From: Rebecca billardiae RCC1528
Taxonomy: Eukaryota; Protista; Haptophyta
Length of the DNA stretch: 64,000 nt
Assembly: GCA_965240325.2 (NCBI GenBank)
Contig: OZ251246.1
Coordinates: 868,001-932,000 of the forward strand
Direction: 5' to 3'
Shown here one piece after another: positions 47,352 through 57,495 of the stretch; the stretch's first letter is position 1, and each line of letters begins with the position of its first letter. The notes beneath the pieces were generated by a model. That model ran no database searches. It was not told the origin of the DNA and saw only the letters and a list, made by a program, of their open reading frames with translations. Both the position numbers and the translations under genes were made by a program.

Positions 47352-47857
47352 CAGGCCATCGCGGGCAATAAGGAGCTGTCACGTTAAGAAACTGGGGCTT
47401 GCTATCTGCGGATCTGGCCTAGAAACTGAGGCTAGCGATTGGCTGGTTCGCTATACGCATAGTCACACTAAGAAACCGGGACTACGTCGTCCCGGCTGAC
47501 GAGTGGTCCGCCGAGGGGCGAGGCGCAGTCGGCCCGTCGGGGACGCGGCGCGCGGCCCGACTACGAGTACAGGCCAAGTCCCGACTTCTCCTGATGACTG
47601 ACTCCTGGCCAGTGCACCGCAGCATCCATGCAACATCATGCCAGATTTGCTCCAAAAAGGCCCAAAATTTTCGTCGGCCTCGCCGGCCGGGCCTAAAGAC
47701 TCAGCGGGGGGCTCTGCCCCCCTGGGCCCCCCGCGCCTGCGCGGCGGGCGGACCTAGCTAAGAAACTGAGACTCCGTAGGCGCTCGGGCTACCGAACGGC
47801 TAAGAAACTGAGGCTAGCCTTGAGATCTCTGACTGGCTTATTGCCCGCGACTGCCTG
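47352..47857. mobile_element. MITE, Tc1/mariner/pogo-like, 21-bp TIR with TA duplication
   Basis: TA|CAGGCCATCGCGGGCAATAAG ... CTTATTGCCCGCGACTGCCTG|TA (19/21 match), with five internal AGAAACYGRGRCT motifs. Confidence 0.85.
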
Positions 47858-48301
47858 TAGTATACTATATCGGTCGTCGAGTAGTATACATGTACTATAT
47901 ACTGACGATGATGCTGTCGTCAGACTGCTGTCACTCGCGCGCCCCGCTGGCCGCTCCGACGGCTCCGAGCGCAGACAGCGGTCAGCGGCTCAGCGCCTCA
48001 GTCCTCACTCTCAAGTCTCAGCCGGGCCGCGGCTGCCATCGCCGGCCGGGGCCCCCGCGGGGTCGGTGGCGCCCCGGGCGGCCAATGCATACAGCACCAA
48101 CGTGTGTGCTGCCTCTGCTCAGCCTCGGCCTCGGCTACGGTCGGGCGGCACCGTCGTTCGGCCAAGTCTGGGCTGCTCGAGCGATCACACCTACAGCCGG
48201 CGCGCTCGGTATCACTGGGCTTCGTTCGAATGCCAGCCAAAAGCTGTTGGGCCGACGGCACACCGAGGTCGGGACGAGGCCGATGAGCGATTCAGCGACG
48301 G

Positions 48302-48611
48302 CTACCGCGGCGCGTTCTTCGAACTCTCGAACATCCAGTCCTCCGACTCGATGGTCTTGACCTCCTCGCGCAGCCGGTCGAGCATCTCGCTCACCAGGTG
48401 TCGCTCGTTATCGTCCGCAACGGCCGACATCTCGCTCAGCTCGCCCACGCGCACGCCAAAGTCGTCCTCGCCTAGGCGCGGCACGCACCGCACGCAGTGA
48501 GTGATTGGCGAGGGTTGGGAGTGGTGTGCGCCGCGGGCACGCGCGCAAGCGCGCACCATCAGCCCCGTCCTTGTGCGTTCGCCTCATGTACGTGCTCCGC
48601 CAGGGCTCCAT
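48302..48611 (-). CDS. 74-aa protein, possibly APC16-like, 2 exons
   Basis: Exons 48611-48557 and 48471-48302 splice in frame. C-terminal helix MLDRLREEVKTIESEDWMFE resembles the APC16 LEADEWRF motif. Confidence 0.5.
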
Positions 48612-48688
48612 CGTGCGCCAGCGGTTTTGATTATTGAACCGCCTGGAACCCAACCGCGCGCGGCCAAACGCCGCCGACGACGCTCGCC

Positions 48689-50056
48689 ATGCGCGCCGCC
48701 GTCGCGCTGCTCGTGGCGGTTGCGCTGGTGGGCGTGCCAGCGCGCGGGCACGTGGCTCGGCCACACTTGGTATGGCGGTCACACACGGCGCAGATGGGCA
48801 TTCGGTCAGCGTTCGCGCGATGGCGCTCGCGTGGCAAGAAGCAAGCACCCGCCGCGCAGCCCGCGCCCGAACCTGTGCTCGCGCCGGGTCCTGAGCCGGA
48901 GGAGCAGTCGATGGACAGCCTGCGTGACGAGGTGGCTAAGCTCCGGGACGAGGTGTCGCAGACGGAGGCGGCCGTCTCCCAGCTCTCCTCCCCCGCGGGC
49001 ACGCCGGGCGCGACCAGCGCGCACGCAAGCGTACCGGCCACCAGCGGAGCCGCAGCTGACGCCGCCGAGCCAGCGGCAGTGCCGGACACGGCCGTGGCGG
49101 TGGCGGGCGCGGGCACGGACGACCTGGACACGTCGGAGGCGTGGCAGGCGGTGCTCAACGGCACCGCCTCGCGCCTCGACGTCCCCGCCCTCCAGCCCTT
49201 CGAGCTCGACCTGCTGCGCGAGGCGTGGCTCCTGGCGCTGGACGCCCAGGATGAGACGCTCGAGACGGTCGAGGCGGCGCGCGACGACGCGCTCGCGGCG
49301 TTCGGGGGCGACAGCGAGATCGAGGAGCTGCGCGCTGAGCTGGACAAAGACATCAGCACCGAGGTGCGCGCGCCCTGCGCCGTGGGCTGCACGATGGCCG
49401 CCGTCGCCACCGCTGCCCTCGCGCGCGCCGCGCGCCTCGTGCGTTCGCGCCCCGCTCATGGGACGCGTGCGCGTGCCTGCCGGCTGCTGCGCGCGCGCCG
49501 CGCGCCGCGCCCCGGCACCGGCGTGCAGATGGACACCTTCGCTGGCACGATCGGCTCGGTGGACGTCTTCCTCTTCGGCACCGCGCTGGGCAACGTGTGC
49601 GCAGACGCGATCGCCAACGCCACCACGGACGAGGGCAGCGCGCCGCGCGGGCTGCGCGGCAAGCTGAGCGTCCGCGGCGGCGGCGGCGCAGACAAGAAGA
49701 AGCGACGGCCCAAGGACGAGACCGAGGAGCTCATCGAGCCGCTCATCGAGCTGACGCGCTCGGCGTGCGACGCGCTCATCGTGTACAACGAGCGCCAGTT
49801 CCGCACGCTGCGTGGCGAGGCGCCCGCGGCCGACGACGACGAGCTCCGGCGCAGCTTCTACGCAGGCGTCGCGCTCTCGGCGATGCGCAACACGCTCTCG
49901 CTCGCGCTCGGGCTGTGGGTCCTGTACGCGCTCTTCTCGGGGATGTTCTGGCTGTGGTCGCAGGCGTTCGACGTGGCCGCGAGCGGTGTGGGCGACTCGC
50001 CGCTGGCGCACGTGCTCGAGGCCATCCAAGGCTCGGACAGCCCGTTCGGCCAGTGA
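48689..50056 (+). CDS. Hypothetical protein with signal peptide, coiled coil and C-terminal TM helix, possibly plastid membrane
   Basis: MRAAVALLVAVALVG signal, GC3-rich frame, probable intron 49364-49528 and hydrophobic LSLALGLWVLYALFSGMFWLW. Confidence 0.65.
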   Translation: MRAAVALLVAVALVGVPARGHVARPHLVWRSHTAQMGIRSAFARWRSRGKKQAPAAQPAPEPVLAPGPEPEEQSMDSLRDEVAKLRDEVSQTEAAVSQLSSPAGTPGATSAHASVPATSGAAADAAEPAAVPDTAVAVAGAGTDDLDTSEAWQAVLNGTASRLDVPALQPFELDLLREAWLLALDAQDETLETVEAARDDALAAFGGDSEIEELRAELDKDISTEVRAPCAVGCTMAAVATAALARAARLVRSRPAHGTRARACRLLRARRAPRPGTGVQMDTFAGTIGSVDVFLFGTALGNVCADAIANATTDEGSAPRGLRGKLSVRGGGGADKKKRRPKDETEELIEPLIELTRSACDALIVYNERQFRTLRGEAPAADDDELRRSFYAGVALSAMRNTLSLALGLWVLYALFSGMFWLWSQAFDVAASGVGDSPLAHVLEAIQGSDSPFGQ

Positions 50057-50934
50057 CTCAGTGTCAGTCACAGCGAGATGAGTGAGAATGAGTGTGCGCG
50101 CGCCGGCTGAGCCATGAGCGCGCGCGGCCCGCGTCGCCGCGAGTGGTCACTGGTCAGCTCGGCGAGAGAGGCCCTACTCTTAATAGCGGCTCTACTACTC
50201 GTCAACTACACGCGGCCGGCTCACACGACACACAGTCGGAACAGTCGTCGGACGACCACCCGCGGCCGTATACTCAGAGTCAGGCTACAGCCCGGATTGC
50301 GTCCGAGCGCACGGCCCACCATTCACCATCAGGCATCACCATGTCCATGACCACGAGTCGCTACCCCCAACCCCGGGCCCGCTCTCCCAATGATAGGCGA
50401 CAGGCCGTGTTATTTGAGAATTGAGTGCAGGACGGTGTCGGTGGTCGTACTTCTCCATCAGAATTGTAATAAAAAACCGGTCGCGTATAACGCGCTACCT
50501 TGCGACTACTGGTACCGCTCGGACCGGCTCGGACTCGGAGCTCGGACAGCCTGGGCCGTGGCTCGGAGTGCCCGGACTCCGGAGTGAGTCGGACTCGGAC
50601 GGTGGAGTCTGGAGAGTGACTGGACTCTGGAGACAGGACTCACAGGAGAGTCCGAGCGGGGTCGGCCCGGGAGTTAGGCCAGGCCTTGGACGCACATGTG
50701 TGACATGTCGTCATCTGGCGTCGGACACTGATGCGCCGCGGCGAGGTATACAATAAGGTCGTCGAGCGACGCTGTCTGGGGCGCCGGCGCGGGCAGCCAG
50801 TGCCACGCCGCCACTGCACTGGCAGTGGGAGTCAGTCGTGACGTCCGATGCGGTGCGCAATCAAGGCCCGTCGCAGTCCGGCCAGGCTTCAGGCCTGGTG
50901 CACGCGCAGGCTCGCGCGCGCAGCAGGCTCTCGC

Positions 50935-51786
50935 CTACTGCTCCGCATCGCCCGAGTTGAACAGCTTCTCCAGCAGGGCGATGTCCTCCGCCCGCGCCAG
51001 TGGCGGCTCCTCCGGCGCGGCGTCCGACACCGCGTCCTCGCCTGCGCGCGCGGGCGGCGCGAGCGGCTCGTCGTCCGCGGGCGGCTCGAGCACGGCGGTG
51101 GGGCTGCGGTCGGCCGAGCTGATGGGGTAGTCGGCGCGCTCGGCGCGCACGTCGAGCATCTCCTGGTCCATCTCGAGCTCGTCCTCGTCCAGCCCCGCGG
51201 CCGCGTCCAGCTCCTCCTCCTTGTCGGCGTGCAGGTTGAGCATGCGGTCGCGGAGGCTGGCCATCAGCAGCGCGTCCTCGCTGAGCGTGGGCGGCGCGTC
51301 GTCGGCGGGCGCGGGCGGGGCGTGGAGCTCCTCCTCGGTCGGCGCGCCGCCACGCCGGCCGCTGATCAGCCTGCTCGCGGCGTACACCGCGGCGGACACG
51401 CCGGCGCCGGCCGCAAGCACGCCCGCGGCAGGCGGCATGGCGACGGCCGCGGTGCCAGCGGATGAGGCAGCGAAGGCGGGCGTGCCGAAGAAGAAGAATG
51501 CTAGGAATGCGGTGAGCACGCTACTGAACGCGCGCGTCGCGCCACGCCGGATGGCGCGAAGCGGCATCGTCACCAGGCATGCGGCGCGCGAGGGCGAGCG
51601 CCACGAGATCTCCGCATCTGCGCGCGCGATCAGCGCTGCGCGCGCCGTCTGCGGCGCGGCCGCAGGCGGCTGCCGGGCGACGGCGATTGCGTGCGGGCGG
51701 ACGAACGCCGATGGCCGCGCCGAGTAGCCGGTGGCGTGCGCCGCGCAGAGCGCGACGGCGACAGCGAGCTGGCGGATGATGGACAT
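50935..51786 (-). CDS. Hypothetical plastid-targeted membrane protein with acidic C-terminus
   Basis: Signal + transit-like N-terminus MSIIRQLAVAVALCAAHATG-YS, LAFFFFGTPAFA hydrophobic segment, GC3-rich frame. Confidence 0.6.
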   Translation of the reverse strand: MSIIRQLAVAVALCAAHATGYSARPSAFVRPHAIAVARQPPAAAPQTARAALIARADAEISWRSPSRAACLVTMPLRAIRRGATRAFSSVLTAFLAFFFFGTPAFAASSAGTAAVAMPPAAGVLAAGAGVSAAVYAASRLISGRRGGAPTEEELHAPPAPADDAPPTLSEDALLMASLRDRMLNLHADKEEELDAAAGLDEDELEMDQEMLDVRAERADYPISSADRSPTAVLEPPADDEPLAPPARAGEDAVSDAAPEEPPLARAEDIALLEKLFNSGDAEQ

Positions 51787-52159
51787 CGTGGCTGGCCCCA
51801 GCGATTGAGACCGTGACGCTGATGACGCTCGAGAACGCCGATGCGTGACCAGGCGCGTGGATATCGGGGCCAATCAACGCCACCAATTAGCGCGTGCGCG
51901 AATTCTAATTTGCCTCCCGGAGGCCCAAGATGCCCGAGACTTCGCGAGATTCCCACGTGGCCGGTCCTGGTGTCCCGAGCGCCCGGAGTGCTTCCGACCG
52001 GCGGGAGCTCGCAAGCCGGACCTGATGGACACTCGGCCGGAAACAGCACGCGCGAATTTCAGGTGCTTCCGGCCGCCGAACATGAACGCGGAACTGCGCA
52101 GCAAGCAGCAAGGGCAGATGATGCGCGCAAGCCGGCGCCTCACGGCCACCCACACCGAC

Positions 52160-52950
52160 ATGCGTCCGCGCCGCGGCTGCTCGCTGCGGCCGCTGCTCGT
52201 GCTGTGCGCGGGCACGGCGCTTGTCTGTAGCGCCGGAGATAGCGCGTCCTGCGCGCAGCGCGCGCTCGACGCCCAGTGCGCGCAGCTGCTTGGCGGCAGC
52301 GCCGTCGCTCGGCGGCGGCCATACGGCTGGGAGTGCGCGACGAGCGTCGTGCGACAGCGCCGCGCGCGGGAGTGTGTCGACGCGGCGGGGGAATGGGCTG
52401 TTTGTTCAGCCGCCGACCTGAGCTCGGCGCGTGACGGCGCGGCGCACGCGGCGGCGCTCGACACGCTGCTCGCTCGCGTGCTTGGCTGCAACGACGGTGA
52501 CGACGACACGCGGCCGCGCGCGGCTGCTCGGCAGCCTCCACAGCTGCGCCGGAGAAGGGCGCTGCTCGCACGGCAGCTCGTGACGGTGCACTCGCCGCCG
52601 CCGCCGCCACCGCCACGGTTCTTCAGCTCGTCGCATGGCGGACACATCAACGACAATGTGCTTCCGTCGCCACGTCCGCCGCCACCGCCGCCACCGCGCA
52701 TGTTCATGCCAGGGCATGGCGGCCACATCAACGACAATATCATGCCGCGCCCGCCACCGCCGCGGCCACCCCCGCCACCCTCGCCGCCGCCGCCGCCGCC
52801 GCCCTCGCCGCCGCCACCGCCGCCGCCGCCCTCGCCGCCGCCACCGCCGCCGCCCTCGCCGCCGCCGCCGCCACCGCCGCCGCCGCCCTCGCCGCCGCCA
52901 CCGCCGCCGCCCTCGCCGCCGCCGCCGCCACCGCCGTCGCCATCACCACC

Positions 52951-52983
<33 letters not shown>

Positions 52984-55900
52984 CTCGCCACCGCCACCGC
53001 CGCCCCCTTCGCCGCCGCCGCCGCCGCCGCCCTCGCCGCCGCCGCCTCCACCGCCCTCGCCACCGCCGCCACCCTCTCCACCGCCGCCGCCGCCACCCGC
53101 GCCGCCGCCGCCAGCGCAGCCGCCGCCGCCGCCGCCCTCGCCCCCACCGCTCCCACCCCCCTTGCTACCGCCGCCGCCGTCGCCGCTGCCGCCCTCGCTG
53201 CCGCCACCGTCCCCGTCCCCGCTGCCGCCGCCTGCGCCGCCTCCGCCTCCGCCGTCGCGCCCTCCGGCCGCACCACCGCCACCGCCGGGCTCGCCTCCGC
53301 CCAGCCCCTCGCCCGCTCCGGCTGCTCCTCCGCCCTCCCTGCCGCCCTCGCTCCCACCCAGCTCGCCACCACGCCAGCCGCCGCCGCCCATGCCCAGCGA
53401 CCCGCCATCGCCGTCGCTGCCGCCTGTGCCACCGCCGCCCGCTGCGCCACCAGGCCCACCGCCGTCGCTGCCGCCGCCCGTGCCGCCGCCACCACCGCCG
53501 CCCTTTCAGTTCAGCTCCAAGCCGCGGCACAACGTGGAGAACGCCCCGCTCCCGCCGCCCCCGCAGCTGCCCCCCATCCCGATGGTCCCGCGGCCTCCGC
53601 CCTCGCCGCGGCCGCCGTTCCCCCCATACCCATACCCCATGTCACCGCCGTTCAGACCGCCTCCTCTGCCGCCCTCTCCGCCGCCGCCGCCACCGTCCGC
53701 GCCGCCGCCGCCACCACCGCCGCGCCACCCGCCGCCGCCGCCGCCACCGCCGCCGCCATCGCCGGCTCCGCCGCCGCATCGGCCGCCACCGCCACCGTCG
53801 CCTCCGTCGCCGTCTCCGACGCCGCCGCCGCCACCATTTGAGCCACCGCCGCCGCCACCGCCGCCGCCTGCGCCACCTGTCCGGATCGACCCTCCCAGCC
53901 CCTACCCTCCACCACCGCCACCGTCACCTTCACCGCCGCCGCCACCGCCCGGCTCGCCGCCAATGCCGCCCGCGCCGCCCTCCCCTGCCCCCTCGCCGCC
54001 CTCGCCGCCGCCACCGCCGCCATCTCCACCCTCGTGGCCGCCGATGCGCCCGCCCTCGCCACCGCCGTGGTGGCACGGACTGCCGCCCTCGCAGCCTCCG
54101 CCGGCACCGCCACCATCGCCGCCGCCAGCGCACCACGGCCCTTCTATCGAGCGCTTCAAGATGGGCATCGAGGAGTCCGCGCTGCCTGTCGGCTTTGGCG
54201 ACAAGCTCGCGCATTTGCTCGACGTGGACGAGGGCGGCAGCCTGTCGACCAGGCTGGTGCCCAACCCGCACCGCGGCAGCACCGTTATCGTGGGCGTGCA
54301 CAACGACCCCGAGCGAGCTGACGAGGCGGTGGCACCGCTCGACACGCTGGCGCCCTACGACGCGCATGCCCTCAGCCAGGTGCTCGGCGTGACTGTGGTG
54401 AGGCCACCGGAGGCGCTGGATGTGGTCGTTCAACCGCCCCCGCCCGCACCGCCGCCGAGCCCGCCCCAGCCCCCGCCCGGTCAGTGGTTCAAGATGGGCA
54501 TCGAGGAGTCCGAGCTGCCGGGCGGCTTCGGCGACAAGCTCGCGCATTTGCTCGACGTGGACGAGGGCGGCAGCCTGTCGACCAGGCTGGTGCCCAACCC
54601 GCACCGCGGCAGCACCGTCATCGTGGGCGTGCACAACGACCCCGAGCGAGCTGACGAGGCGGTGGCACCGCTCGACACGCTGGCGCCCTACGACTCGCAT
54701 GCCCTCAGCCAGGTGCTCGGCGTGACTGTGGTGAGGCCACCGGAGGCGCTGGATGTGGTCGTTCAACCGCCCCCGCCCGCACCGCCGCCGAGCCCGCCCC
54801 AGCCCCCGCCCGGTCAGTGGTTCAAGATGGGCATCGAGGAGTCCGAGCTGCCGGGCGGCTTCGGCGACAAGCTCGCGCATTTGCTCGACGTGGACGAGGG
54901 CGGCAGCCTGTCGACCAGGCTGGTGCCCAACCCGCACCGCGGCAGCACCGTCATCGTGGGCGTGCACGCCGACTCCGAGCGAGCTGACGAGGCGGTGCCA
55001 CCGCTCGACACCCTCGCGCCCTACGGCGCGGACACGCTGGGCCAGGCGCTCGGCGTGACGATCATGCGGCCGCCCGAGGAGCTGAGCGTGCACGCCAGCC
55101 CACCGCCCCCGCCCGGCCACGGCCCGTTGTGGTTCAAGATGGGCATCGAGGAGTCCGAGCTGCCTGGCGGGTTCGGCGACAAGCTCGCGCATTTGCTCGA
55201 CGTGGACGAGGGCGGCAGCCTGTCGACCAGGCTGGTGCCCAACCCGCACCGCGGCAGCACCGTTATCGTGGGCGTGCACAACGACCCCGAGCGAGTGGAC
55301 GAGGCGGTGCCGCCGCTCGACACGCTGGCGCCCTACGACGCTCACGCCCTTGGCGAGAAGCTCGGCGTCACGATCGTGCGGCCGCCCGAGGGGCTCGACG
55401 TGGTCATCAGCCCGCCGCCGGCCGCGCCGCCATCGCACGACGGCGGGGCAACGTCCGGCGACCACCGCTCGCGCCCGGGTGAGCCGGACCGCGCCCCGCC
55501 AGATTCCGCGCCGCCGGCCTCATCGCCGCGCGCGGCGCCGGGCGGCGGCGGCGGCATGGGCGGCACGGACAAGTTTGCGGTCCCGGACTGCCCCAAGTCG
55601 AACGTCAGCGTCGTCAACGGCCGCCGCGTGCACCCCACGCTGTGCGACCTCGCGTCGATGACGAAGCACGCCGTGTCGCACGTCGGCACCGACCTGGGTG
55701 AGGAGATGTCGCTGATGGGGATGATCAACAAGCACTGGGCGCAGCACCCGGTGGGGATGGTGCTCACGCTGCTGCTCCTGCTCACGCTCGGCCTGATGCT
55801 CCTCGCGTGCCTCTGCTGCTTCTGCTGCCAGCCCGCCATCGTCTACTGCCTGCGCTGCGCCGGGCTGCGCGATCGACCGCCGCGCGAGTCTCAGGCGCGC

Positions 55901-57256
55901 GGCTACGCGACGCTCGTGGACGAGGGCGACGCGAACGACCACTATCGCTTCCGCCGGCCGTTCTGGTGGCTCGCGCCCGAGGAGCAGGAGCACGCGCGGC
56001 GCGACTGGCTCGTCTGGTTCTACGCCATCGGCGACCGGCGCGCCGCGCGCCAGCTCGGGTGGGACGGGCTGTCAGACCCAGTGGCTGACGAGTACGGCCA
56101 GCGGCTGCAGCGGCTGCTCGGGGAGGAGGTGGAGGCGCGGCTCGCGCCGCGGCAGATCGAGCTGGTCGCGCTCGACCTGCCCGGCCTGCAGCTCCGCTTC
56201 CTGCACGAGCTCACCCACGTCCCGGCCACCGTCCTCCTCGAGCGCACGGAGGAGAACGAGCGCGCGATGCGCGAGGCGGCTGACGCGCTCGCCACTCTGC
56301 TGGAGGTGGCGGAGGAGCGCGGTCTGGAGCCCGTGCGCTTCGTGGTGGAGGGGCACGTGGGGGTGGACGAGTCCGCGCGCGCGCGCGGCGGCGCCGCGCA
56401 GGCCGCCGCGGCCGAGCAGGCCAACACCCTCTCCGCCGGGCGCGCGCACGCCATCCGGCGCACGCTCGTCGCCCTGCTGCTGTTTCACATTGGCGGCGTC
56501 ACGCGCGATGAGGTGGAGGCGCTGTTCGCCGCGCAGGGGCTGGGCTCGAGCAAGCGGTACAGGCATGACAAGGTGGTGGTGCGGATGCTCCCGCCGCTCG
56601 AGGCGGACAAGCTGCTCCCCACCTTCCGTCGCAGGCGCTCGCTGCGCGGCGGGTTTGGGCTCGCGCCGCCCGGCGCCGCGCCGGGCGCCGACGGCGACTG
56701 GGCGGAGGGCGGCAGCGAGGAGGAGGAGGAGGCGGCGCGCATCCGGGCGTGGGCCGAGTACTACGAGCAGACGGGCGAGGTGGCGCGCGCGCAGGCGCTG
56801 CGCCGCGCGCTCCCGCGCACCACGTCCACCATCTCCGCACGCCGCCGCTCGAGCGAGCCGAGCGACGACGACGCCAGCGCCGCCGCGCCCGCCGCGCTCG
56901 CGGCGGCGGCGCCGGCGGCGGCGCCGACCGCGACGCGCGCCGGCGCAGCGCCGATGCCGATGCAAATTCGCATGCCGGCGTCCGTGCCCGAGGCCGCTGA
57001 GATGGACGTGGAGGCCGCGGCGCGCGCGCCCGCGGCCGTCGGGCTGCGCGGCGCGCTCCCGATCGATCGCGACGCGATGGTGGCGCCATCGGTGCGCATC
57101 GAGCGCCCGTCGGAGCCCGACACGCCGCCGTCGGGCGGCGCGCGCGACCTGAGCACGGCCGAGGCGGCGGAGAGGGCGCCGTGGGCCTCTGAGCAGCAGC
57201 GCAGCCCGAGTCGGATGCGGGCGCCGCTGCAGCGTGGGGAGACGCGGCCGCGATAG
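52160..57256 (+). CDS. Extensin/pherophorin-like SPn-rich type I membrane protein with four tandem domains and OmpA-like C-terminal domain
   Basis: Signal-like N-terminus, long SPPPP arrays, four about 105-111 aa repeats, TM VGMVLTLLLLLTLGLMLLACLCCFCC, then FVVEGHVG..NTLSAGRAHAIRRTL..AQGLGSSK. Confidence 0.8.
54155..55420 (+). repeat. Four coding tandem repeats (333, 333, 312 bp spacing)
   Basis: TTCAAGATGGGCATCGAGGAGTCC starts at 54155, 54488, 54821 and 55133; the units are nearly identical. Confidence 0.95.
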
Positions 57257-57495
57257 CGCCGCGAGGTGCTGATGATGCACAGTGCTACTGCGCATGCTGC
57301 CACGCCAGCGGTTCACGGGTTGACCGCTGTCTGGTTCCGGACTCTTTGATGAGTCTTGTTCAGCCGTTCAGCGCTCAACAGCGGGCCGCCGTTACAGCGG
57401 GGCGAGCCGCCGAGCGCCGAGCGGGTTCGGACTCACGTCGTAGTGGCGCCGCGCACTGGCGGGTGCCACTGTCAGCGGCATGCATCAATGATCAT

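Noticed and set aside
47385-47820. CRISPR-like array of short direct repeats
   Set aside because: The repeats are short, degenerate and irregularly spaced, lie inside a TIR element, and no cas genes are present in this eukaryotic DNA.
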